Assembly: GCA_036677065.1 (NCBI GenBank)
Contig: JAKFBS010000001.1
Location: forward strand, 256,001 to 320,000
Length of the DNA stretch: 64,000 nucleotides
Source: Bdellovibrio sp.
Lineage (GTDB): Bacteria; Bdellovibrionota; Bdellovibrionia; Bdellovibrionales; Bdellovibrionaceae
Reading direction: 5' to 3'
Shown: positions 38,769 through 47,722 of the stretch, piece after piece
How positions within the stretch are numbered: position 1 is the stretch's first letter
Layout: every line of letters begins with the position of its first letter
Notes under the pieces: model-generated
What the model saw: the letters and a program-made list of their open reading frames with translations, nothing else
What the model was told of the DNA's origin: nothing
Database searches by the model: none
Position numbers and translations under genes: made by a program

Positions 38769-40037
38769 ATGTTCAAATTATTTAAAAGATTTGTCGTGAT
38801 CATAGCATCACTTTATTCAACCCAAGTTTTCGCTGATGCTATGCCCGCTTGTTATGGCTTTACCGTCGCTGAAAGCCCAGAAGCTGATGCGGCGGTGGTC
38901 GAAAATAAAGAGATCTGGTGTTACCAGCAATTAAGTCATCCGCAAGGTATGCTTTTTGTTTTTAATGCGGATAGTGATACAATTAAGCCTGAATTGGCAT
39001 TCACAGTAGATGCGGGCGGAGTCATGACTCACGCTTCAATGGTGCAAGGCCGGCGTTCGGTTCACAAAGTTTTAGTTAAAGAGTTTAATCCATTTTCAAT
39101 ACCAGCGAATGAACCAAAAGGTTTGCCGTCGATGGCGCCACAATATTTAAATACAGAAATGCTGAGTTCAGCTAACGAAGCTTTGCGCGTGTTATCCACG
39201 TCACGTTCAACCTTCTCAACATTAGAAATGGATGTAGGCACTATCGTTGAAGATGCGGATATTAAACCATGGCGCGGATATTGGTGGGCTTACAATGGTC
39301 GCCGGTTATCTAACGGATCAAATTCTCCGATGGCCAAATATGATCGCTTTGTAAAAGCCAGAACCGGCGCAAATCCAGGAGCGCAATCCTGGGAAAACTC
39401 GCGTCACCGCTATCACGGCATTAATTGGGAAGGTCATTGTAATGGTTGGGCGGCAAGTTCAGTATTGCGTCCAGAACCTAAAGCTTCAAAACTTGATCAG
39501 CAATCAGGTGAGATTTTTTCAGTGTCTGACCAAAAAGGTTTATTAGCTGAAGTTGATTACTGCGTAAAAGTCGCCTTCTTTGGTAATCGTTACCGTGGCT
39601 CAAGCAGTAACCTTCGCGATATCAATCCAGCGTTGTTTCATAAAACGTTACGTTACTACATTGGTAACTTAAAAAAGCCCGTAGCCACTGATTACAAACA
39701 GATGGCAGAGGTGGATAATCATGTAATTTCTGGTTACACGATGAATATCAAAAAAACCGGAGAAACTACTTATTCTGTGAAAACCCAAATTCGTATTCAC
39801 AAATATGATAAAGGCACGAGTTCAGTTCCGGGCGTTGCGCCAATGTACACACGCACCTATTCATATCGTTTGCGTGAAGCTGCAGATGGCAGTTTAACTG
39901 GTTCATGGACATCAACGAATCCAGACTTTTTGTGGGTGCCGTTAGCCAGCGAGGATTGTAACAGTAATAATCCACGTATGAATCACGCCCGTATGCAGGA
40001 AATTTTAGATTTACCTGAAGTTACTTCTGATAATTAA
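38769..40037 (+). CDS. Secreted transglutaminase-elicitor (GP42-like) family protein
   Basis: PWRGYWW, SPMAKYD, WEGHCNGWAASS...PEP, DINPALFH, EVDNH, PDFLW; signal peptide from ATG38769. Confidence 0.75.
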   Translation: MFKLFKRFVVIIASLYSTQVFADAMPACYGFTVAESPEADAAVVENKEIWCYQQLSHPQGMLFVFNADSDTIKPELAFTVDAGGVMTHASMVQGRRSVHKVLVKEFNPFSIPANEPKGLPSMAPQYLNTEMLSSANEALRVLSTSRSTFSTLEMDVGTIVEDADIKPWRGYWWAYNGRRLSNGSNSPMAKYDRFVKARTGANPGAQSWENSRHRYHGINWEGHCNGWAASSVLRPEPKASKLDQQSGEIFSVSDQKGLLAEVDYCVKVAFFGNRYRGSSSNLRDINPALFHKTLRYYIGNLKKPVATDYKQMAEVDNHVISGYTMNIKKTGETTYSVKTQIRIHKYDKGTSSVPGVAPMYTRTYSYRLREAADGSLTGSWTSTNPDFLWVPLASEDCNSNNPRMNHARMQEILDLPEVTSDN

Positions 40038-40071
40038 TATTTTATTTAGTAATTTTTTAAATTAACTTTAT

Positions 40072-40100
40072 TGCTCCTTAGGGTTTCTGAGGAGCAGTTT
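40072..40100 (+). terminator. Intrinsic terminator
   Basis: TGCTCCTTAG-loop-CTGAGGAGCA then a T-run. Confidence 0.7.
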
Positions 40101-40161
40101 TTTCGACTTTGGGCCAGCCCTAGACTTTGTCTTTCACTTTAAACTCTGCCAAAATTAGTGC

Positions 40162-40728
40162 ATGGTTAAAAAAATAATTTCATTCTTATTCTGTACAATT
40201 TTAGTCTCATCAGCTTCAGCTAAATCCGTAGTGGCAGAACTGGGATTATTTTATTTTACTGATGATTTATCTTCGACAAGTAGCTTTTCCACATCGCGTA
40301 CAATTTATGATGTATCTGTATTGATGACGTCAGAAGGTCGTAGGCTTTTAGGCATCGGTTGGAACTATGTCGGTGTTTCTTCAGAAGAAAGCGCTGCAAC
40401 GACGACGTCGTACTCATCAACTGAGACTGGTCCGAAATTCACCTACATGTTCGGACGCGAACAAGATTGGTATGTGGGTTTAGCTTATAACTTACTGGCG
40501 AAAGCTCAATTTTCAGATACTAACGGCGAAGCAGAATGGCGCGGAACTTCACTTAAAGGTGAATTCGGATTTATCCCTAAGATCAATAATCGTATAAATG
40601 CCGGGGTAAAGCTTGTTTACCACCAAGCCAGTTATAACGAACAAATCACGAATACGACGACTTTGACCCAAACGACCAATACGAAAACCATGATTTATCC
40701 AACGTTTTCACTGGTTTTTAAGTTCTAA
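40162..40728 (+). CDS. Small outer-membrane beta-barrel protein
   Basis: Signal peptide, alternating beta-strand pattern, C-terminal Phe. Confidence 0.7.
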   Translation: MVKKIISFLFCTILVSSASAKSVVAELGLFYFTDDLSSTSSFSTSRTIYDVSVLMTSEGRRLLGIGWNYVGVSSEESAATTTSYSSTETGPKFTYMFGREQDWYVGLAYNLLAKAQFSDTNGEAEWRGTSLKGEFGFIPKINNRINAGVKLVYHQASYNEQITNTTTLTQTTNTKTMIYPTFSLVFKF

Positions 40729-40850
40729 AAACGCCTTTAACGGCAACTCAGCTGTAAAATCTTCAATAGCAGTTTCTTAAAGGCTTTACGGTTTGCCTCT
40801 AGGCGCAGACTCCCTTATTTTTTGGCTTCGTTTTACTCGGGGGAGTTACT

Positions 40851-41525
40851 ATGATTAAGGCCTTTATTTTGACTTTAGTTTTTGCGTTAAGCACACAAGC
40901 CCAAGTGTGGGATCCGGCAGTTGATACGTTAACTTTGCCAACAGATTTTTCGGCGCGTGAATTTAACGAATCTGATTTTCAAAATTTCCCATGGTTAAAA
41001 GAATTTAAATTAGTTGTTGTGATTAATAAAGCCAACTCTGGTAACGACCGCCAAACATTACGTGTTTATGAAAATCAAAAAATAATTATGCTTACAAAAA
41101 TTTCTTCAGGCCGCGAAGAGTACGAAAAAGGCTGCAACCCTGGTCAAGATCCGAAAAAGGATCACTGTTCAAAACGCGCTTACTGGTCAACAACCCCAGT
41201 AGGGCATTTTGACGTTGATACGTTAGACGAAAATTATTTCTCGAACCTATGGCAAACTTGGATGCCGTATGCGGTATTTTTTGAATCAGGTATAGCGACT
41301 CACCAAGCCCCGGCGGGTACCGAAGGTAAATTAGGCGGTCGTGCTTCTGGCGGTTGCGTAAGAATGCATCCAAATATGGCGCCGGTGTTATTTAGTTATG
41401 TGCAAAAGGCTGGCAAAGGTTTAGTTCCGAAAGTAAATCGTGATGGCTCAGTGGCTAAAACTAAACAAGGCGACACAGTTCGCTGGCAAGCTTACAGAAC
41501 TTTGGTTATTGTACAGAATAAATAA
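40851..41525 (+). CDS. L,D-transpeptidase (YkuD family)
   Basis: ISSGR, TPVG.F, MPYAVFF, IATH...LG.RASGGCVRM. Confidence 0.9.
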   Translation: MIKAFILTLVFALSTQAQVWDPAVDTLTLPTDFSAREFNESDFQNFPWLKEFKLVVVINKANSGNDRQTLRVYENQKIIMLTKISSGREEYEKGCNPGQDPKKDHCSKRAYWSTTPVGHFDVDTLDENYFSNLWQTWMPYAVFFESGIATHQAPAGTEGKLGGRASGGCVRMHPNMAPVLFSYVQKAGKGLVPKVNRDGSVAKTKQGDTVRWQAYRTLVIVQNK

Positions 41526-41542
41526 TTTTAGAGGATTGGCCG

Positions 41543-42232
41543 TTGAACTTACAAGAACACTTAAAAACTAAAGAGCAAGATCGCAATTTTAACTGGGACG
41601 AAAAATTTTTTAAGTTGTTCAGTGAAGTCGAAATCGGTTTAGTGTCTAACGACCCACAACAAGGCCCAGATGGTTGGCCGTATTTAATTTGCCAAACATT
41701 AACCCCAAATAATCAAAGCCAGTTCGATGGCGATCGTATTGAGCATTCGCAAAAAATCATGAAATGGTGTTCAACTAAAGGCATTGGTTTAGTGGTAAAC
41801 CCACAACGTGAACCTTATCCTGATTATGTTTTTTCTTACGGCATGATTTGGTCATTTATTGAAACTGGATATTTCATGCGTCCTGATTTAGCGCAAGCTT
41901 CAGGAAAAGTAGAATACCGCAACGATAAGATCTTTAGCGGTGAGCCGACAGAGCAGTATCTTCCCTTATATGTACGTAAAGTTTTAAAAGATTTTTTTAA
42001 TGACCAGACGGTTTTTAATCCGAAAATTTTAATGATTTCTCCGGATGAAAAAAATTATGACTTAGCATTCTCGCTTGAGTCTCTTGGCAACCCACCAGAA
42101 AATGAACACGCTGGCATTGCCGAAGCGATTTCATGGTTCTTACCACCGCATTACTCGGTGGTTCTTGTAAGTGAACAAGGTCTGCCAAAGTTTACTGAGC
42201 TATTAGGTAGCCCAGCTAGTTCTATGAATTAG
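41543..42232 (+). CDS. Hypothetical protein
   Basis: 229-aa ORF, TTG start after GAGGA; QGPDGWPY and WFLP.HY motifs. Confidence 0.7.
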   Translation: MNLQEHLKTKEQDRNFNWDEKFFKLFSEVEIGLVSNDPQQGPDGWPYLICQTLTPNNQSQFDGDRIEHSQKIMKWCSTKGIGLVVNPQREPYPDYVFSYGMIWSFIETGYFMRPDLAQASGKVEYRNDKIFSGEPTEQYLPLYVRKVLKDFFNDQTVFNPKILMISPDEKNYDLAFSLESLGNPPENEHAGIAEAISWFLPPHYSVVLVSEQGLPKFTELLGSPASSMN

Positions 42233-42644
42233 GTAATAAATCAATTAAACATTCGCGCCAGTATTCAGGAGCATCAGTACTGTAATCTACAGCGACCTGA
42301 AATCCTTTTTTACCTAAGAACTTAGTGCGGGCGACTGTTCCTGAAATTTCAAGATCCATTTCATGAATCGTGAAATACACCTTATGGCCTACTAAAGAAT
42401 CTAAGTTTAAATTTGCGCGTAATTCTTTTTTAATAAAGTCTTCACGCTTAAAGTGAATTAGAATCCCCGAAGCAGAGGCTTCAATAATTTCGCCGTATTT
42501 TGCAATCTTTTCTAAACTTTCCAGCGAAGAAAAAGAATCCAGTGTTAATGGAGTAATTTCTTTGCGGGGAGCCTGTCTGATTTTTCTTTGTGTTGCACCC
42601 ATAATTTTTGTCTGCTCAGCCTTAGGTTGAACATCCTTTCGCAT
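42222..42644 (-). CDS. PilZ-domain-like protein
   Basis: RQAPR (RxxxR) and EASASG (DxSxxG-like). Confidence 0.7.
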   Translation of the reverse strand: MRKDVQPKAEQTKIMGATQRKIRQAPRKEITPLTLDSFSSLESLEKIAKYGEIIEASASGILIHFKREDFIKKELRANLNLDSLVGHKVYFTIHEMDLEISGTVARTKFLGKKGFQVAVDYSTDAPEYWRECLIDLLPNS

Positions 42645-42651
42645 GACTAAC

Positions 42652-42679
42652 TCATCGGGGGATACTAGACCAAGGTTGA
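42652..42679 (-). promoter_or_regulatory. Possible FliA promoter of the PilZ gene
   Basis: TCAA-N16-CCCGATGA ending 7 nt before the ATG. Confidence 0.35.
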
Positions 42680-42712
42680 GGGACGGCTGATTGAATTATT
42701 TTTAAAGGTCTA

Positions 42713-43291
42713 TTAGAAAAAAAAGATTGTCCAATTGTGATCCAAAATGCGCTGTGTATAGCCCACATTGTGTTCCAACTTGATACCATTTGGTGCTTTC
42801 GCATGGAATTTGAAAGTATCTGCAAATTGGCAGGGCTGCCATTCGCCAACAACGGCTTGTGACATCACTTCTAGTGATAGGGCTTTGAAGACTGCTTCTT
42901 TAGCAGTCCACAGATAATCTGCGCCCGGAGCTTCTTGCATTTCGATTGCAGAAGATACGCGCTGAATAGTTTTAGTTAAAACTCGTTCGCTGCGTTCGAT
43001 ATCCATTCCGATAATTTGATCAGACTGAACATAACCACCGATTTTATCTGAATGTGAAATTGAAAAATTCCAGTCAGCCGTTTTTGGGCGCTGATTTAAA
43101 TCTAGAAGTAATTCATTTTCTTTTGCCGTTAAAACATTACTTTCAACAATACCCATACGAATATTTAATCTAAAGTTAGGATTTTTTGAACTGAACTCTT
43201 CTAAAATTAAACCCGAAGCCATAAGGCCGCTGTCGCGTTCTACAAACGCCGCAAACTGATTAAATAAGTCAGTGAACGACGGATTAGCCAT
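42713..43291 (-). CDS. 4'-phosphopantetheinyl transferase family protein
   Basis: FSISHS, IGMDIE, WTAKEAVFKA. Confidence 0.8.
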   Translation of the reverse strand: MANPSFTDLFNQFAAFVERDSGLMASGLILEEFSSKNPNFRLNIRMGIVESNVLTAKENELLLDLNQRPKTADWNFSISHSDKIGGYVQSDQIIGMDIERSERVLTKTIQRVSSAIEMQEAPGADYLWTAKEAVFKALSLEVMSQAVVGEWQPCQFADTFKFHAKAPNGIKLEHNVGYTQRILDHNWTIFFF

Positions 43292-44255
43292 TAAACTGCG
43301 CTGGCCATTCTACAGGTTGGTTACTGGTGATCTTCATCATGCGATCAAGTGAAGCGTAAGCTTTTAAACGTAGATTTTCATCAAGCTTAACTTCAGGTTT
43401 AAAATGCGTCAGGGCATGATGAATTTTTTGTAGATTATTTAATTTCATAAACGGGCAGTCATTGCACATGCAATTTTCATCAACTACGGGGGCCTGAATT
43501 AATTCAGCATCCGGACGAAGTTTTTTCATCTGATGAAAAATTCCGGTTTCAGTGGCTACGATAAATTTATTAAATGATTTATTCTTTTCAACTTCTTCTA
43601 ACAATCTAGAAGTTGAACCAATTACGGTTGCGTATTTTAAAATCTCGTCATCGCATTCAGGATGTGCGATCACTTGGGCATCAGGGTGTTCTTGAATAAG
43701 TTTTTTTAAGCGTTCAGCATTAAATAAAATGTGCACCTGACAAGCTCCAGGCCATAAAATGAATTCGCGATTTAATTGTTTTGATAACCATTTACCTAAA
43801 TGTTGATCCGGCCCAAATAAAATGCGGCGATCTTTAGGAATTGATTCAACGATTTGTTTGGCATTGCTTGAAGTGATGATCACATCAGAAATCGATTTCA
43901 CTTCAGCTGAAGAATTAATGTAGGTTACACAAATTGCATCAGGGTACTGGTGACGCCAAGCTAAGTACTTATCGTACGGCGCACCTTCAACCAGTGAACA
44001 GCCTGCATTCAGGTCAGGAACAAGAACAGTTTTTTCAGGATTAAGAATTTTCACACTCTCAGCCATAAAAACAACGCCGGCTAAAAGAATATTTTTATTG
44101 GGAACAGTTTGGCCCATTTTAGAAAGATAAAAACTATCACCGACATAATCAGCGATATCTTGAATCACACCATCTTCATAATAGTGGGCAAGTAGAGCTA
44201 CATCTTTTTCTTTTTTAAGCTTTTGAATTTCAACGATCAGTTGGGCATCGTTCAT
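43284..44255 (-). CDS. nadA: Quinolinate synthase A
   Basis: LAHYY, GDSF.LS, GVVFMAE, AGCSL, YINSSAEVK, CQVH, AHPEC, CPFMK. Confidence 0.95.
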   Translation of the reverse strand: MNDAQLIVEIQKLKKEKDVALLAHYYEDGVIQDIADYVGDSFYLSKMGQTVPNKNILLAGVVFMAESVKILNPEKTVLVPDLNAGCSLVEGAPYDKYLAWRHQYPDAICVTYINSSAEVKSISDVIITSSNAKQIVESIPKDRRILFGPDQHLGKWLSKQLNREFILWPGACQVHILFNAERLKKLIQEHPDAQVIAHPECDDEILKYATVIGSTSRLLEEVEKNKSFNKFIVATETGIFHQMKKLRPDAELIQAPVVDENCMCNDCPFMKLNNLQKIHHALTHFKPEVKLDENLRLKAYASLDRMMKITSNQPVEWPAQFNG

Positions 44256-44269
44256 GTGGCTCCTGCAAG

Positions 44270-44863
44270 CTAAACGTTCGATCCACCCTTAAGAGTCTGG
44301 ATAATCGATTTAGACATCATTTTGAAGCTCTCAAGTACACCTTTGCCCTCAAAGGCACAAGCTTCAATTTCCTGAGCGTTAAAACGATTTAAATGTTTGC
44401 GCAGTTCACTGATGGGTAACGCTGTAGGAAGATCACGTTTGTTATACTGTAAAATTAAAGGAATATCTTTGATGTCATAACCCTGTTGGATCAAGTTTTT
44501 CTCTAAATTATCAAGCGCTTGAAGATTTTCATCTAAACGATCAGCTTGTGAATCAGCCACGAAAATAATGCCATCAATGCCTTGTAGGATCAGCTTACGA
44601 GTCGCATCGTAAACAATCTGGCCTGGAACGCTGTAAACATGAAAACGTGTTTTAAAGCCACGAATTTCGCCGATATCCAGCGGTAAAAAATCAAATAACA
44701 AAGTACGTTCAATTTCAGTGTTTAAAGCCATCAGCTTTGATTTCTGATCTTGCGCTAAAGATTGGTACATCCATTGGATGTTTGTCGTTTTACCGCCCAG
44801 TGATGGCCCGTAATAAACGATCTTGCAGTGAATTTCTTTAGCATTGTAATTAAATAAAGACAT
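44270..44863 (-). CDS. mglA: Ras-like GTPase MglA
   Basis: KIVYYGPSLGGKTTN, RTLLFDFLP, SVPGQ..Y.ATRKLIL, QYNKRDLP. Confidence 0.92.
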   Translation of the reverse strand: MSLFNYNAKEIHCKIVYYGPSLGGKTTNIQWMYQSLAQDQKSKLMALNTEIERTLLFDFLPLDIGEIRGFKTRFHVYSVPGQIVYDATRKLILQGIDGIIFVADSQADRLDENLQALDNLEKNLIQQGYDIKDIPLILQYNKRDLPTALPISELRKHLNRFNAQEIEACAFEGKGVLESFKMMSKSIIQTLKGGSNV

Positions 44864-45478
44864 TTAGAGTTCAATCCTGTTCTCTAAGGCGCGACCCATA
44901 GTGCGATCGTCGATAAAATCAATATCTGAACCAATCGGAATTCCGTGTGCAATGCGTGAAAGCTTAATGCCTGTACCTTGAAAAGTTTTAGCTAAGTATA
45001 AAGCTGTGGTGTCGCCTTCAAGATCTGCATCTAAGGCTAAAATAACTTCTTTAATAACTGGGCCTTCGCCATCAATCCCTTTTTGGATTTTAGCCATAAG
45101 CTCTTTAATTTTTAAATCTTTTGCGGTGATTCCTTCAAGCGGCGAAATTACGCCGTGAAGCACATGGTAACGGCCGCGAAAAGCGCCCGAAGATTCAATA
45201 CGAAAAATATCTGATGGTTCTTCAACCAAACAAATTGAATCATTGCCGCGATGTGGATCTTCACAAAATTTGCAAAGTTCACGATCGGTGTAATTGTAAC
45301 ACTCAGGGCACGAATGCACTTCGGTTTGCACACGCAGCAAAGATTCAGATAATTTTTCAGGATACGAGTCTTTAGATTTTAAAATATAGAACGCCAGACG
45401 TTGAGCGGTTTTGGGCCCAATGCCTGGTAAGCGTGAAAGCTCGTGAACTAATTTTTCTAAAGAAGCGATATGTAACAT
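44864..45478 (-). CDS. recR: Recombination mediator RecR
   Basis: LPGIGPKTAQRLA, C4 Zn finger, YHVLHG, EGDTTA TOPRIM motif. Confidence 0.95.
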   Translation of the reverse strand: MLHIASLEKLVHELSRLPGIGPKTAQRLAFYILKSKDSYPEKLSESLLRVQTEVHSCPECYNYTDRELCKFCEDPHRGNDSICLVEEPSDIFRIESSGAFRGRYHVLHGVISPLEGITAKDLKIKELMAKIQKGIDGEGPVIKEVILALDADLEGDTTALYLAKTFQGTGIKLSRIAHGIPIGSDIDFIDDRTMGRALENRIEL

Positions 45479-45481
45479 CGA

Positions 45482-45820
45482 TTAGAACATTCCTGGAATA
45501 TTCATGCCGCCAGTGATTTTAGACATCTCTTTTGCAGATTCATCTTTGGCAGTTTTTAAAGCATCATTAACCGCAGCAGTTACCAGATCTTGTAACATTT
45601 CTGTGTCGCCAGATTTCATCACTTCAGGATTAATTGTTAACGCTAAAACTTTATTTTCGCCGTTAACTTTAGCTGTTACTGCGCCACCACCAGCTGTGCC
45701 AGTGTATTCACGAGTTGCTAGTTCTTCTTGAAGCTTTTTCATTTTCATTTGCATTTGGTTAGCTTGTTTCATTAAACCAGCCATACCGTTCATTCCGCCG
45801 CCGCCGCCGAAACCTTTCAT
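45482..45820 (-). CDS. ybaB: YbaB/EbfC nucleoid-associated protein
   Basis: LMKQANQMQ, AGGGAV, DLVTAAVNDA; between dnaX and recR. Confidence 0.93.
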   Translation of the reverse strand: MKGFGGGGGMNGMAGLMKQANQMQMKMKKLQEELATREYTGTAGGGAVTAKVNGENKVLALTINPEVMKSGDTEMLQDLVTAAVNDALKTAKDESAKEMSKITGGMNIPGMF

Positions 45821-45823
45821 ACG

Positions 45824-47440
45824 TTACTCCTTGTTCGAAATAATCTTTGCCTGAGCTTTGAAGACTCGTTGTGCAGCTTGCACACGCGGATCTTGCATAA
45901 TCTCAGTCGTTAATTTGTCTTCAGATTCTTTTTCAATTTTTTGATTCATGCTTTTGCTAGAATCCCCTGAAGCGACTTTTGCTTTAACAACTGTAAAAGT
46001 GTAGCCCTCTCCAAAGAACGAATCAATAAAACCTTGTAATTTTTGATGAGTTTCCCCTTGGCTCAGCTGTTCGGCTAAAAATGAAAATTGAGCGGCAGCT
46101 TCCAGGGTGAAATGCTTCTCATTTAGGCCAGCAAAAACGATGTTATCAAGTTTCGCGGCTAAGAATGCATTTTCTTGTTTAAGGTGAGATACAAATTTCA
46201 TCCAGCTCTCTGCATTTAGAGAGGGTTTGACCACCACTTTCACCGGTTCTGGTTTAGGCGGTGTTGGAGCGGAAGCGGACTCTGATTTAGGGAGTCCCTG
46301 AAACTTTGGGATAGTTGAAGCACCCGAGAGTAAATTTTGAATATCTGCAATGCGGGGGGCTTGTGCTATGCGAAGTAAACAAACTTCAAAAACCATAAAT
46401 GGATCAGTGGCGCGCACCAAATCAGATAATGATTTTAACGCCATATCAAAAAGCAGGTGTAAATTTGAATCTGATTGGGTCTTTGCAAATTCACGTAAGC
46501 TTTGAACTTCTTCAGCCGGTAAATCGATTAAAATTTCGCTGTCTGGAGCCGTTTTTAAAACAATCGTATGACGCAATAATTGAATCAGCTCTTCAAAAAA
46601 TAATGAAGGGCTTGTTCCCATCGTGTGAGCTTTTTCAAGATCAGCAACAACGGCTTTGGGATTGCGCTCTAGTAAGTGCGCATAGATATCATAAATTAAG
46701 CCACGATCAGTTAAACCTAAAACACCAGCGACGTTTTGTTCAGTTAACTGGCCAGTCGTGAAATTTACGACTTGGTCTAATAAACTTAAGCTATCACGGG
46801 CTGATCCATCACCTTGGCGGGCGATTAACCATAACGCTTTATCATCGGCTTCAATTTTTTCTAAATCGCAGATCTTACGCAGTAAGCCTGCCATTTGTTT
46901 AAAAGGAATACGGCGTAAATCAAAACGCTGGCAACGCGATAAAATCGTTTGCGGAATTTTATGAACCTCGGTTGTGGCCATCATAAAAATCACATGTGCT
47001 GGTGGTTCTTCTAATGTTTTTAGTAAAGCATTAAAAGCTGAAGTCGATAACATATGAACTTCATCAATAATAAAAATTTTGTATTTGCCTGAAGTCGGCA
47101 TAAACATCACGTTGTCGCGTAAATCACGAATGGCATCGACACCGTTGTTCGAAGCTCCATCGATTTCAATAATATCAACCGCACGCCCACTGCTGGCTTC
47201 AACACATGAAGCGCAAACATTGCACGGAGAAAAATTAACTGGATTTTCGCAACGAAGAGTTTTCGCTAAAATTCTGGCTGAAGTTGTTTTTCCGGTTCCG
47301 CGTAAGCCTGTAAATAAAATCGCATGCGGAACACGCCCAGCTTTTAAAGCGTTAATCAGAGTTTGTGAAATATGACTTTGTCCAACCAGTTGGTCGAACG
47401 ATTGCGGTCGATATTTACGGGCAAAAACTTGATAAGACAA
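45824..47440 (-). CDS. dnaX: DNA polymerase III subunit gamma/tau
   Basis: YQVFARKYRPQSF, GTGKTT, IDEVHML, SRC; TTG47440 after GAGGGG (the ORF-track extension overlaps ffs). Confidence 0.95.
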   Translation of the reverse strand: MSYQVFARKYRPQSFDQLVGQSHISQTLINALKAGRVPHAILFTGLRGTGKTTSARILAKTLRCENPVNFSPCNVCASCVEASSGRAVDIIEIDGASNNGVDAIRDLRDNVMFMPTSGKYKIFIIDEVHMLSTSAFNALLKTLEEPPAHVIFMMATTEVHKIPQTILSRCQRFDLRRIPFKQMAGLLRKICDLEKIEADDKALWLIARQGDGSARDSLSLLDQVVNFTTGQLTEQNVAGVLGLTDRGLIYDIYAHLLERNPKAVVADLEKAHTMGTSPSLFFEELIQLLRHTIVLKTAPDSEILIDLPAEEVQSLREFAKTQSDSNLHLLFDMALKSLSDLVRATDPFMVFEVCLLRIAQAPRIADIQNLLSGASTIPKFQGLPKSESASAPTPPKPEPVKVVVKPSLNAESWMKFVSHLKQENAFLAAKLDNIVFAGLNEKHFTLEAAAQFSFLAEQLSQGETHQKLQGFIDSFFGEGYTFTVVKAKVASGDSSKSMNQKIEKESEDKLTTEIMQDPRVQAAQRVFKAQAKIISNKE

Positions 47441-47461
47441 AGAACCCCTCGAAAAAAAAGA

Positions 47462-47555
47462 GCTGGGCACCCCATATCGCATAGCTCTTTAGACACCGTT
47501 GCTTCCTTCCGGACCTAGCGGAATTCACTAAAGAGTCTATCGTATGGGACCCAGC
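47462..47555 (-). ncRNA. ffs: Signal recognition particle RNA (4.5S)
   Basis: Long hairpin GCTGGG...CCCAGC with domain IV AGGTCCGGAAGGAAGCA, followed by a T-run; upstream of dnaX. Confidence 0.92.
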
Positions 47556-47722
47556 CACTATTGGGTGTAGCTGAAATAGGGGGGCCAATCAGTGATTAAC
47601 ACTCAGGGTCGAGAAGATTGTTACATTGTCGACTTTGTCGTCAGCTTTTTGGGCTCAGAATCGTTTATTTCACTCTGAATCTGGCTGGGTTTTGGCAAAA
47701 CGGCTTGCGAGGTACGTCGACG

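Noticed and set aside
40733..40800. c-di-GMP-I riboswitch on the minus strand (GGCAAAC...CAGCTGAGTTGCC)
   Set aside because: Lacks the P2 stem with GNRA loop and is antisense to both flanking genes; an Rfam scan would settle it.
42713..43291. Secondary-metabolite cluster implied by the PPTase
   Set aside because: No NRPS, PKS or carrier-protein genes in the window.
47441..47482. N-terminal extension of DnaX in the ORF track
   Set aside because: Overlaps the SRP RNA; TTG47440 has an RBS and matches the conserved N-terminus.
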